Of a stretch of DNA of 64,000 nucleotides, positions 10,698 through 21,498 are shown piece by piece. Made by a program: the position numbers and the translations under genes. Each line of letters starts with the position of its first letter. The stretch's first letter is position 1. Source of the stretch: an uncultured Planctomycetota bacterium. Its GTDB lineage: Bacteria > Planctomycetota > Planctomycetia > Isosphaerales > Isosphaeraceae. The DNA is taken from contig CAWJTV010000011.1 in NCBI GenBank assembly GCA_963845755.1, forward strand, positions 160,001-224,000, given 5' to 3'. The notes beneath the pieces were generated by a model. That model saw nothing but the letters and a program-made list of their open reading frames with translations, did no database searches and was not told the origin of the DNA.

Positions 10698-11072
10698 CCA
10701 CCCTCGGAACCTTGCTGCCCCCTCACGAGATGAGCGTGGTTCGCTACGCTTCTCATTCCACGATCAGTGTCGCCACGTTGATATCTCTTCCGACGGAGAG
10801 GCGCGGGTTCCCGTCCGCGCCGACCCTTCTGCTCTCAATCTATCGATTCCGCGAGGTGGCCACCAATGGCAACGATCATCACTCGACCTTCACCGCAATC
10901 TTGTCGGTTGTCTGTTGCCCGCGGTCCCTTGTCGCGAGGCGCCAAGCCCTGGCCGAAACACCCCGCCGCGCGATCGAGCGGGGTCAGTGACCGACCACGA
11001 ACCACCGGCAACGAACGACGAACCGGCTCATCAGCTCACGCGCTGCGGATGTTGACTTGTCAGCCAGTGTTC

Positions 11073-11375
11073 ATGGCATCGATACCCCGATTCCACGTCA
11101 ACCCCAGGGGAATCGACGGCACTTTGGTCGTGGTCAACCGCGCTTCGGACGAACAATTCACGGTCTATACACCGCGGTTCATACCCCAATTCCGCGCCGG
11201 GCACCGGAGCGGACTCTGGTATCTGCGGCCCGTGGGAGATCTCGGATCTGAACCACGAAGTACCGCCTTTCGCACGGCGAGCGACGCCGTCGAAGCCATT
11301 CGCTCCCGCCCCTGGAATCGATCACCCTCACCGACGAAACAGCGCCACGCCCGCTTCCGCGTCATCTGGTCCTAG
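11073..11375 (+). CDS. Hypothetical protein
   Basis: MASIPRFHVNPRGIDG..GLWYLRP.. has natural composition; start chosen at ATG 11073. Confidence 0.45.
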   Translation: MASIPRFHVNPRGIDGTLVVVNRASDEQFTVYTPRFIPQFRAGHRSGLWYLRPVGDLGSEPRSTAFRTASDAVEAIRSRPWNRSPSPTKQRHARFRVIWS

Positions 11376-11476
11376 CGCGACGCACGACGTCCAAATCCTG
11401 GAGAGCATCCCTCGAAACACCTGTTGTCGCTGCTTCCAAGCCCCCAACAGCGATCGATGATCGTGAAGGATTGACG

Positions 11477-12563
11477 ATGAATTCGAACTGCGCCCGCGAG
11501 ATTCCGACGCTCCGCGAACCCTCTAGGCTCAAGCGGGCTACGAGGTTCAGCACGAACGACAAGTGTGATCCACATTCACCAAGCGATCCAAGGCGTCGCC
11601 ACCGCGATTCTCAACGTCCTTCCCGACCTCCCTGCCCCCATTACGACGAGTCTGCCGATTCTCCGGACGGGCGGAGTCCCCTCTCGGCGAGCGAAGAGCG
11701 CGAGCTGGCCGACCGAATCAAGCGAGGGGACACAACCGCAAGGAAGCAACTGATCCTGGCAAACCTTCGCCTTGTGGTCAGTATCGTTTCGAAGATATCG
11801 AAGCAGTAAACTCTCCTTCGACGATCTCGTCCAGGAGGGGAACGTCGGACTGGTCCGAGCGAGCCAGGACTTCGACCCATCGGTCCACAACACAAAATTT
11901 TCCACATATGCAGAAATATGGATCATTGCATTTGTCTATCGAGCCCTCATCGCGAACGACTCGTTGATCCGCGTTCCCGAACACGTCTTCTTGCTACGCA
12001 AACGGTATCGCCGGGCAATCGCCGCTCTGGGCGGTCCGGAGCGGAATGCTGATGCCTGGACGGAACCGTCAAGCATCGACCATCTCGCTCGAGAGACGGG
12101 AATCTCTGCGCGACAACTCGAGCCGTCACGACGGGTCCAGATCGAGTTCGAGATGCGCGGTGGGACGGAGGAAGATGGTGAAACGGCCGCGACCCTCGAG
12201 ACGATGGTCGATTGTCGTCGTCCCGATGAAGAGGCGTCTGTCCACGAGGAGCGCCTGTTATTGGAAGCCGCGCTGAAGCGGTTGAACCCGGTTGAAGCCT
12301 GGGTCATCCGAGAGCGCTATGGCCTGTCCACCTTGGTTCCTGGCGAATCCGATTGGGCCACCTCGATTCCGTCGAACGAGGCCGATCGCACGCCTGTCTC
12401 TCAACCGGATCCGCCCGAAACCACTCAAACTTACTTCCATCGAACCTACTCGGAGCTCGAACGCGACTGTGGATTGAGTCGCCATCGCATCCATCAGGTG
12501 GAGCAGACCGCTCTCGGCAAACTCCGCAGCAACTTGGGTCCCTGGCTCTTCCTGTCGATCTGA
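11477..12563 (+). CDS. Sigma-70 family RNA polymerase sigma factor (RpoD/RpoS-like), frameshift near 11790
   Basis: Region 1.2/2 motifs LSASEERELA..LILANLRLVVSI, then DDLVQEGNVGL..FDP..KFSTYA.WI; region 4 GLSRHRIHQVEQTALGKLR. Confidence 0.85.
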
Positions 12564-13814
12564 TCGCGCGAAGGGGACATTCCTGAGCAAACGGCCCCCA
12601 CTTGCTTCACGAATCAATAAAAGTTTTCAGAAGAGGTCTCATCTCTTGACCAAGTTAAAAGCGATTTTGATCAGGCCAACACGAGGAACTCGTTGACCAG
12701 CGATCACAGCGGATCTCCACTTCTTTTCACTTCACGTGACGTCCCTCTTGGTAGTGACGAAATCGAGCTTTAACACCCCTACCATAACCTTAGATGACTG
12801 CCGTTTCCCCGACGCCAAGCAACTTTTTTTTTCAAAAACGAACAATGCTCGCCCGCCGCTTCAAGAAGTTTGCGGCTTCGTCTTGAGCTCCTTTAATGTG
12901 GCGGCACGTTCGAGAACTTAACGTCTAATCAAAAAGCCTCCAGCACACTATCACGGGTGCAAGATACTGGCCAGGCCGCAAGCATCCCAACCAAGTCCAC
13001 CCTATCTCCATACTTTCTGGCCTCGAAAAGCGTCACCCTTCCAAATTGACAGCGTCAATTTGTAGAGCCCTGTGGCCAAGCAAGGAGACATTCTAGCAGA
13101 CATCGTCCCGATCACGATAGGATGTTCGGTTTTTTCAACAAGACGACCTTGCTGACGAAGGCGAACGATTTTTGGTTTGAACTTGGTAGTTGAATCCGTT
13201 ATGTGTAAGGGGTCCGAGTGGCGTTCCCTGAGTGAGGATTCAACGGCTCCGATCTCTAGATGGGTTTACTCGCGACACGCTTTCCATTTCTGTGATTGGA
13301 TGAGCCGAGGATGGATTGGAACTCGCCTCATGAACGATCAGCGCCCAGTGACAATCCTGCCCAGGATACGCAAGTTAAGTCCAACGGCCGTGGATCGCTC
13401 ACGATGAGCGCCCTGTAGATCTCAAGAACCGACGGGCGTCGGTTTCCGTGAAGTCGAGATGATTTTCACTTTGCACGATCCGCAGGATCCTGTTGTCGAG
13501 AGCCCCGATCTGATGAACCGCATCCGTGTTGGAACTTAGGCACAACACCACCGGAGCTGGAGAGAGATTCCCGAAAGTTCCCCTCGACTGATCGTACTCG
13601 GATGGCCAGGAGTGGGCTTCTTGTGACACAACAGCTAACTCCTTGGCCTAGGTGGGACGATAGACGCTGCCAGACGGAGTGCGGGGCATTCGGTTTTCGG
13701 TGATGCACCGAGGTCGGATCTGGACCACGATTGTGGTTCTTAAGCCACGACGTCGAAGGTCAAGGATGTGTTCGATTGTTTTCATGACAAGCCAGGTATT
13801 CTTGGAGGTGCCCA

Positions 13815-14327
13815 ATGAGCAGACCCGCGTTACTCTTTCCATTAACAGTGGGACTGCTTGCCAACTTGGCGTTCGTGACCTGCAGCCAGGCGGGTTCCAC
13901 CACGATAAGTGTGGACTCGGACTTTTCGTCCATTCCAGCGAGCGTGACCACCAGCACTAGCGTCGATGTCACATCCAGTGGTGTCCCCTCCTTAATTGGC
14001 CTGACAGTGGTGGTGCCAAAGGGTCCTTCCGGCAATCATCCGGATAACCTGACCGGCGTCTCGATTTCAAGCAACGTATCCACCGCTCACTTTTTGCTCG
14101 TCCGGGCTTACGGAACCTTCACGTTCGTCGTCCCGACGAACTGCCCATGGAGTCAGAGGGCTGCTAGTAGCGAATGGCAGACGAACAAAGAAGCCGCCGG
14201 CGAGCAATCCAGTCCTTTGCTCTACCGCGTCCCCGAGCCGACTTCGATGTCCCTGCTGGGCATCGGGATGGCGGGCTTGTTTGCCTTCCGCCGGTTCTTC
14301 AGGCGGAACACGAACGTCCAGTCGTGA
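13815..14327 (+). CDS. PEP-CTERM sorting-domain protein (possibly truncated)
   Basis: Signal peptide; C-terminal VPEPTSMSLLGIGMAGLFAFRRFFRR. Confidence 0.75.
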   Translation: MSRPALLFPLTVGLLANLAFVTCSQAGSTTISVDSDFSSIPASVTTSTSVDVTSSGVPSLIGLTVVVPKGPSGNHPDNLTGVSISSNVSTAHFLLVRAYGTFTFVVPTNCPWSQRAASSEWQTNKEAAGEQSSPLLYRVPEPTSMSLLGIGMAGLFAFRRFFRRNTNVQS

Positions 14328-14574
14328 TCGACCCGCCGATCGCAGTCGATCAACGAGTTCGAAATCGAGGGCATTCCGATAAGCGTGACAGAAACGCCTC
14401 GTGATTCGCCGCCCCTTGAGTGTCGCCCATTTAGCGACTGTCAGCGCGGGAACGGATCGGTCACGCCGCCGCAAGCTAACCCGTGAGGCTTGGACCAAAA
14501 TGGCAGGAGAGGTATCATAACCTCTCCTGCCATTTTATTTTCGAACCAAGGAAAAACGGGAAGAGAGAATCTCG

Positions 14575-16165
14575 GTGAACACCGAACCTCGGGAGGCGTA
14601 CGAAGCCCTCATCCGCCGGTCGCGGGAACTGGCGACTCTGTCCTCGTGCTCGTCGTTGCTGGGCTGGGACGAGCAGACGTATATGCCCCCTGGTGGTGCC
14701 ATCCACCGTGGTAGTCAGTTGGCACTGCTGGCGGGCTTGCACCATGAACGAGCGACCGATCCCCAGATCGCCGATTTACTAACCACCGTCGAGGGATCAA
14801 CCTTAGTCAGCGACCCCGACTCGGCCGAGGCCGTGAACATCCGCGAGATGAGGCGAGGCTACGACCGACGGGTCCGACTTCCCCGCTCGCTGATCGAAGA
14901 ATTGGCGCGGACGACCTCAATAGCTCAGTCTGAGTGGGTTACGGCGCGTGCTGCGAGCGATTTCGCGCGATTCCGGCCCTGGCTGGAAAAGATCATCCAC
15001 CTCAAGCGAGCCGAGTCAGCCTGCCTGGTGGGCCATGTGACGCGTGAGCGAACAGACGGGGCTGTGGGATCGGTCTACGATCCATTGCTTGACGAGTATG
15101 AGCCGGGGGCCACGAATGCCGACTTGGCCGTCCTGTTCGATGCCCTCCGTCTCGAACTAACGCCGCTGGTGGCGGTGATCGCCGAGGCTGCCGCCCGCAA
15201 ATCCAGAAATGGCAAAGGTCCGAGTCTTTCTGTAGGTTCTGACAGTAGGGCCATCCTTCGGCGAACTTATCCGCGCGACCGGCAGCGTATCTTCGGCGAG
15301 GCGGTTGCGTCAGCAGTAGGCTTCGACTTCCGGCGAGGCCGGCTGGACGTGACGGCTCACCCGTTCTGTACGGGGATCGGACCGGGCGACTGCCGTATCA
15401 CCACGCGGTTTGAGGAACATCACTTCGAAGACGCCTTTTTCGGCATACTCCACGAGGTGGGTCACGGGCTTTACGAACAAGGTTTGGAGGAAGCCCATTA
15501 TGGCACACCGATGGGCGAGGCCGTTTCGCTGGGAGTCCACGAATCCCAATCGCGCTTCTGGGAAAACCTCGTAGGCCGCAGCCGGTCGTTCTGGGAATAC
15601 TGGCTACCGATGGCGCGCACGGGTTTTCCAAGAGGCGCTGGCGGATGAGACGGTCGAATCGTTCCACGCCGCGATCAACGAGGTAGCGCCCTCTTTGATC
15701 CGCGTCCGGGCCGACGAGGCCACTTATAACTTGCACATCATCATTCGGTTTGAGCTGGAGCAGGACCTTCTCACAGGCGCGCTGACGGTTGACGAACTGC
15801 CCGGGGCCTGGAATCAGAAGTACCGGGAAATCCTGGGTGTGACCCCAGGCAGCGATGCGGAGGGTTGCCTCCAGGACATTCACTGGAGCGCCGGGCTCAT
15901 CGGCTATTTCCCGACCTATACACTCGGCAATATCTACGCGGCCCAGCTCTATGCCGCAGCCGATGCCGCGCTGGGCGGCCTGGACGATGCCCTGGCACAG
16001 GGTGATTCTCATGGCCTTCTCGGCTGGCTCCGCAAGAAGATTCACCGACAGGGCCAGCGATATCGTTCCGCGGAGCTGATCGAGCGCGTCACCGGCTCCC
16101 CGCCCGACCACCACGCGCTGATCGACGGCCTGCGCCGGAAGTATGGCGAACTCTACGGAATCTGA
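14575..16165 (+). CDS. Carboxypeptidase M32 (Taq-like), frameshift near 15620
   Basis: LLGWDEQTYMP, HPF, HEVGHGLYEQG (HExxH), HESQSRFWEN, IRVRADEATYNLH, GCLQDIHWS, GYFPTYTLG. Confidence 0.92.
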
Positions 16166-16246
16166 CGAACGCCTCGATCCCCCGGCTGGCCCAACCGTCG
16201 AACCGACTTGAGCGTTCATTGCATCCAAATCGAGTCATTACCTATT

Positions 16247-17467
16247 ATGATTCAATCCGACGCAGCCTTGCCCGAACTCGAATCCCGACCGAAGCCGGCT
16301 CCACCGCGCCTGGCTTCAATCGACGCCTACCGCGGGCTGGTTATGTTCCTGATGATGGCCGAGGTCCTCAGCTTTTGCGCGGTATCCAACAGGGTACCGG
16401 GAAGCAAACTGTGGGCGCTATTGTGCTATCATCAGTCGCATGTGCAATGGGTGGGCTGTTCGCTCCACGACCTGATTCAGCCTTCGTTCTCGTTCCTGGT
16501 TGGCGTGGCCTTGCCATTCTCGTTGGCCGGCCGGCTGTTGCGGGGGCAGTCGAAGGCCAAGATGACGGCGCATGCGCTCTGGCGGTCGCTGATCCTGGTC
16601 TTCCTGGGGGTTTTCCTGCGGTCGAGGCATCATCCGCAGACTTACTTCACTTTCGAGGATACGCTCAGCCAGATCGGGCTGGGATATACGTTCCTGTTCG
16701 TGCTGGCGTTGTTCTCGACGCGGGTGCAAGGAATCGCCCTGGGAGTAATCCTCGTCGGTTACTGGTCGGCGTTCGCGCTCTATTCAGCCCCCGGTCCCGA
16801 GTTCGATTACGCCGCCAACCGGGTTCCTGGGAGCTTCTCGGAGCACCCGAGCGGGTTCGCAGCGCACTGGGACATCAACAGCAACGCCGCTTGGGCTTTC
16901 GACACCTGGTTCCTGAACTGGTTCCCTCGTGAGAATCCGTTTGTTGGCAACAGTGGCGGTTACTCCACATTGAGCTTCATCCCGACGCTAGGGACCATGA
17001 TCCTGGGTCTCCTGGCCGGCGGGATCTTGCGGCGTCCGTGGAGTGGTGAGTCGAAGGTCCTCTGGCTGATCCTCGGCGGCGGGGTCAGCCTGGCGGCCGG
17101 CTGGGGCCTGGGTGAGCTCGGCTTTTGCCCGGTGGTCAAGCGAATCTGGACTCCGACTTGGGTGCTCTTCAGCGGCGGCTGGTGCTTCCTGTTCCTGGCG
17201 GGCTTCTACGCCATCCTCGACCTTCTGAACTTCCGGTCTTGGGCCTTTCCACTCCAGGTGATCGGCATGAACTCGATCGCGGCCTACTGCATGTCCGGCC
17301 TGTTCGAGGATTTCATCCGGGACAGCCTCAAGATTCATCTGGGAAAGGACGCGTTTAAGATCCTCGGATCACCTTACGAGCCCTTGCTCCACGGCGCGGC
17401 CATGTTGCTGGTGCTCTGGCTGATCCTGTTCTGGATGTATCGGCGTAAAATATTCCTGAGGGTTTGA
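16247..17467 (+). CDS. DUF5009 / heparan-alpha-glucosaminide N-acetyltransferase-like membrane protein
   Basis: RLASIDAYRG..M, DLIQPSFSFLVG, PVVKRIWTPTWVL, VIGMNSI; multiple transmembrane segments. Confidence 0.85.
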   Translation: MIQSDAALPELESRPKPAPPRLASIDAYRGLVMFLMMAEVLSFCAVSNRVPGSKLWALLCYHQSHVQWVGCSLHDLIQPSFSFLVGVALPFSLAGRLLRGQSKAKMTAHALWRSLILVFLGVFLRSRHHPQTYFTFEDTLSQIGLGYTFLFVLALFSTRVQGIALGVILVGYWSAFALYSAPGPEFDYAANRVPGSFSEHPSGFAAHWDINSNAAWAFDTWFLNWFPRENPFVGNSGGYSTLSFIPTLGTMILGLLAGGILRRPWSGESKVLWLILGGGVSLAAGWGLGELGFCPVVKRIWTPTWVLFSGGWCFLFLAGFYAILDLLNFRSWAFPLQVIGMNSIAAYCMSGLFEDFIRDSLKIHLGKDAFKILGSPYEPLLHGAAMLLVLWLILFWMYRRKIFLRV

Positions 17468-17559
17468 CCATCGATCCAGCTTCGACACGAGAGGAGACCA
17501 TCATGTTCTGAAGGAATTGCGTCTTCTCCGCAGGCCAAGATCCGTCGAGCTTCGCCCTC

Positions 17560-20544
17560 ATGCGACACATTGCCATCCTCATGAATTGCTGGGTTCTCAC
17601 CTTCCTAATGGCGATGTCCCCCGTACATGGCCAACCCGCGTCGGCCGCGGGCCGGCCCGTGCGGCTGGAGGTGACGCGCGACACCTGGGTATCGGATGTC
17701 GGTCCGGAGAGCGACGGCAACAACGGCGGCGCATCGAGGCTCAAGTTCAAGAGCATCCAGGAAATGACCCTGCTTGACATCGATACCGCGCCGCTACGGG
17801 GGCGGACGATCCGATCGGCCGCGCTCCACGTGCGGCGATCGGACAACGAGCCGCTCCGGCGGGTGACGGTCGGCAGTATGGGAGCCGAGTGGTTCGAGGG
17901 AACGGGGAGCAGCTATTCGGTCCAACCCGGTGGGGCGACGTTTCGACGGCGACGGCACCCTGATTTACCCTGGTCGACCGGCGGGGGCGATCTCTGCCAC
18001 GTCATCCTGGGCAATGGCGGCACGACCTGGAGGATGGCGGACGCCTCCTCGCCCGATCGGGAGGGTTGGCAACGCGTGCTGGTCGATCCGCGGGTCGTGG
18101 CGGCCCGCCTGGCGGGACTCAGCCATGGTTTCCTCGTGTTCGACGACACGGGGTCGGAATGGGCCCGCAACGGAGAGACGTTCACACAACGGATTTTCCC
18201 CAACCGGTTCGTCTACAGCCGTCAACAGAATCGCTCGAGTGCTCCCTATTTCCACGTCGAACTCGGGCCGGACGATCATCAACCGCCTGCGGCCCCGAGC
18301 GGCCTGAGGGTCGCATCCCAGACGACCCAACTGCCCGCCGGCGAAGCGATGATCTCGTGGGTTACACCCCGCGACTCCGGCCCGGCTGGCACGCTCGGGT
18401 TTTTCGTGGCAATCGAGGGCCGGCCATTGCCACGCGAGCGGATTCCGATGGCCGGCGCGGTGGGCGAGCGAGTCGAGATGCTGCTTCGCGATGTCGAGTT
18501 AGCCCCCGGAGCGACGGTCACGCTGTCGGTGAGGGCTGTGGACGGGGCCGGAAATCTCGGGCCGGCGGCGACGGCCCGCTTCCAGGTCTCGAATCGCATC
18601 CCCGCGCCGCTTCCCCAGCCGAGACCGGCCACCGCGATGCGCCGTGGCGCGACGCCGGCAAGACCGCCCTCCTGGGAAGTCGCCTCAATCCCCACGCTCA
18701 TCGCCATCCTCGACGAGCTCGACAAAATCCAAGCCGACACGGGCGAGTTAGTCCCCTCCCAGCCCGATGGATACCTGACCGCCAATCATCTCTGGGACTC
18801 CGCCGCTCGACGGGTCACGCTCCATTCGGCGCGGAACGAGTTCGTCGCCTTCCAGGTCCTTCTCCGCTCTCCCGTCCCGGTTCTCTCTGCTTCGATCTGC
18901 GCCGAGTTGGTCTTTGACGGTCCAGTCGGCAAAGCGATCCAGGTCGGGATCGGCCGCTATCACCCGGTTCGTTCGCAGTTGGGCCCATTCCCCGACCCGA
19001 TCGTTCCACTGGATTTCCCCTTGCCCGACGACGCGGTTGCCGCGAAAAACTTGAGTTTGCACGCCGAGGTTTACGTCCCGCACCACGTACCCGCCGGGGA
19101 GTATGTCGGGACGCTGACATTGTTGAACGCACGGCGGGGCGGCGCAGTGCCCCTTGCGCCTGGCCGTGACGCTTCGGGTCTGGGATTTCACCTTGCCCGA
19201 TCATCTGAGTTTCCTGCCCGAGATGAACTGTTACGGCCTTCCGACGAACGAGCGCGACTACTACCGACTGGCACACCGGCACCGGACCGTATTAAATCGC
19301 GTCCCCTACAACCAGAGCGGACAGATGGCGGACGGCTGCGCACCGAGATGGGACGCGCGCCGGCTCGATCTCGAGTGGTCGGACTGGGATCGCCGATTTG
19401 GCCCGCTGCTGGACGGGTCGGCGTTCGCGGACCTGCCGCGCAAGGGAGTACCGGTCGAATGCTTCTACCTGCCTCTGCACGAAAACTGGCCGACTCCGAT
19501 GGAGGGCTATTATCAAGGCGACTACTGGGCCGATCAGGCCTTCCCCGAGTCGTATCGCCGGGCGTTCGTCGCAGCCTCGCGGCGGATCGCCGAACATGCC
19601 CGAGCCAAGGGATGGACCGAGACGCTCTTCCACGGTTTTCTCAACAACAAGAACAACTTCAAGGAGCGCGGCTGGTCGAGAGGATCGTCTCCCTGGCTCC
19701 TCGACGAGCCGGCTAACTTCCAGGACTACTGGGCGCTGCGATACTTCGCTCGGGCCTTCCACGAAGGGATCAACCAAGCCGTGGCGGAGGGCCCCGCAGA
19801 CAAGAGGCCCGTGCCGCGTCTGGTGTTCCGCGCCGACATCTCCCGGCCCCAGTGGCGGCGAGACAGTCTCGACGGCCTGATGGATTACCACGTGGTCGGC
19901 GGGGCGATGCGAACCTATCCCTGGCTGGTCTTCGACCGGAAGCGGGCCTACGGCGAGATCGTGGTCGAGTACGGATCGACCAATCCGGTCGAGGGCTCGA
20001 ACCTCCAGCCGGTGGGTTGGTGCCTGGACGCCTGGTCGCTCGGGACCGATGGCGTCCTCCCCTGGCAGACGGTGGGGGCGCCGGGTCGTGGGACCGGGCC
20101 GACGAGTTGGCGTTGTTCTATCCGGCCGCGGGCGGGTTGCGCGCCGAGCAGGGGCGGGAGACCCGCGCCCCACACGAGGGGGTGATTCCGTCGGTTCGCC
20201 TCAAGGCGTATCGCCGCGGGCAGCAGGACGTGGAGTATCTGACTCTCTGGGCGCGCCTGCACCACGAGCCGCGTTGGGCCGTCGGCCGGCAGGTGCGGGC
20301 GTCGCTGGGCCTGGTTGGCGTTCGCCGGGGCACCGGGATCGCCGGCGCCGAAGATGCCGGCCGGATCGACTATACCCGACTCCGCCCCCAGGACCTCTGG
20401 GCCTTGCGAGTCGCGATCGGCGAGGCGATCTCACAGGCCCGGCCCGCCCCGGCGAGCAAGCTCGTCGACTTCCGCACCCCGCGCCGCGACCCGGAGCACC
20501 TCCCGCAGGCATACGTTGCGGGCGATCCGGGTCGGGACCGATGA
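17560..20544 (+). CDS. Large secreted protein, FN3-like plus GH123/DUF4091-like, frameshifts near 19150 and 20075
   Basis: Signal peptide; ARNEFVAFQV, LRVWDFTLP, and C-terminal PSVRLKAYRRGQQDVEYL (DUF4091-like). Three ORF pieces join. Confidence 0.65.
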
Positions 20545-20589
20545 ACGGCCGAGGGCGGCCAGTCCTTGTGATGTCCTCGGCCATGCTGG

Positions 20590-20675
20590 AAAACCTGAGA
20601 GAGAAAACCGGCACCCTCTTGCGGGCGCCCTTTTCATGGTGTACAAGACGGCCGTCTGGCATGGTTCGGTAATCG
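20590..20675 (+). promoter_or_regulatory. Putative promoter region of ncRNA unit 1 (duplicated at about 21035-21115)
   Basis: agaaaaccggcaccctcttgcgggcgcc..gtgtacaagac aligns with agaagccggtaacctcttgcggcgcc..gtgcacaaaac upstream of unit 2. Confidence 0.45.
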
Positions 20676-20940
20676 ACTCTCGGCATCTGAGAGGACAGGT
20701 CTAGCTCGGTGCTCTGCACCAGGACGGCGTTGCGCCGCCCGAGCGTATGGCTGGTCATGCTGCACAACGAAGGCTGTTTCAGGCCCGCTGATCCCCCGGA
20801 CAGTGCCCGGTATGTCGGCGGTCCTGGGCCAACCCCGCCGATCGTGGTTCCGCCGACATACCGGGCACTGTCCGGGGGGCGGGCCAGAGAGCCTTCGATG
20901 TCCCAGGTCTTGTGGTAGATGTCTCTTGGATGCCGAGGGT
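20676..20940 (+). ncRNA. Retron msr-msd-like ncRNA, copy 1
   Basis: Terminal a1/a2-like inverted repeats (actctcggcatc..gaca..tcta / tagatgtc..gatgccgagggt). Candidate branching G at 20704 in tAGC. Two msr hairpins (GGTGC-tct-GCACC; CGGCG-ttg-CGCCG) closed by gctcgg/ccgagc. Perfect 29-bp msd stem 20793-20821/20850-20878 with outer stems. Confidence 0.8.
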
Positions 20941-20972
20941 GGGTTGCCGCGTGAATCAACGGGCAGCCCACC
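20938..20972 (+). terminator. Hairpin 3' of ncRNA copy 1 (terminator or processing hairpin)
   Basis: ggtgggttgcc / ggcagcccacc with no U-tract; a homologous hairpin follows copy 2. Confidence 0.4.
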
Positions 20973-21118
20973 TGCCCTATCAAGCCTCGTGTTTCAATAA
21001 ATCAACAATCGGTGCCAGGGTCGTCCACCCGTCGTGTCTGAAATCGAAAAGAAGCCGGTAACCTCTTGCGGCGCCTCGGGATTAGTGCACAAAACATCCG
21101 TTCTTTGTCGTGACGATC

Positions 21119-21375
21119 GAGCATTTGGGAGGACAGGTCTAGCTCGGTGTTCTGCACCAGGGCGGTGTTGCGCCGCCCGAGCGTATGGCTGGTCATGCTG
21201 CACAACGAAGGCTGTTTCAGGCCCGCTGATCCCCCGGAAAACTTCCGGCATGCGGGCGGGCCTGGGACAACCCTGCCGGTCGTGGTTCCGCCCGCATGCC
21301 GGAAGTTTTCCGGGGGGCGGGCCAGAGAGCCTTCGTTGTCCCAGGTCTTGTGGTAGATGAGACTCCGCGATGCTC
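21119..21375 (+). ncRNA. Retron msr-msd-like ncRNA, copy 2
   Basis: Homologous to copy 1 at +438 bp. a1/a2-like gagcat..ggag / ctcc..atgctc; candidate branching G at 21142; perfect 29-bp stem 21231-21259/21288-21316; 12-bp outer stem acaacgaaggct/agccttcgttgt. Confidence 0.8.
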
Positions 21376-21376
21376 A

Positions 21377-21411
21377 GGGTGGGCTGTCTCGATAACCTCG
21401 AGCAGCCCCCC
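21377..21411 (+). terminator. Hairpin 3' of ncRNA copy 2
   Basis: gggctg(t)ctcga / tcgagcagccc. Confidence 0.4.
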
Positions 21412-21498
21412 TACCTCTCAAAACATCACGTGGGTCAGAGTTTCCGGGCTGACGACCCATTCGTGTGGGGCTGGAAAGCCTGATCTATATTATCGGTT

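Noticed and set aside
20709..21356. Paired 69-aa ORFs (MLCTRTALRR.. / MFCTRAVLRR..)
   Set aside because: They have GTG starts, and substitutions preserve base pairing rather than amino acids, so they are shadows of the ncRNA.
20676..21375. CRISPR array or DGR template/variable repeat interpretation of the duplicated unit
   Set aside because: There are only two ~260-bp non-coding units and no cas genes. Differences are compensatory in stems rather than adenine-specific, and the RT has retron X/Y motifs.
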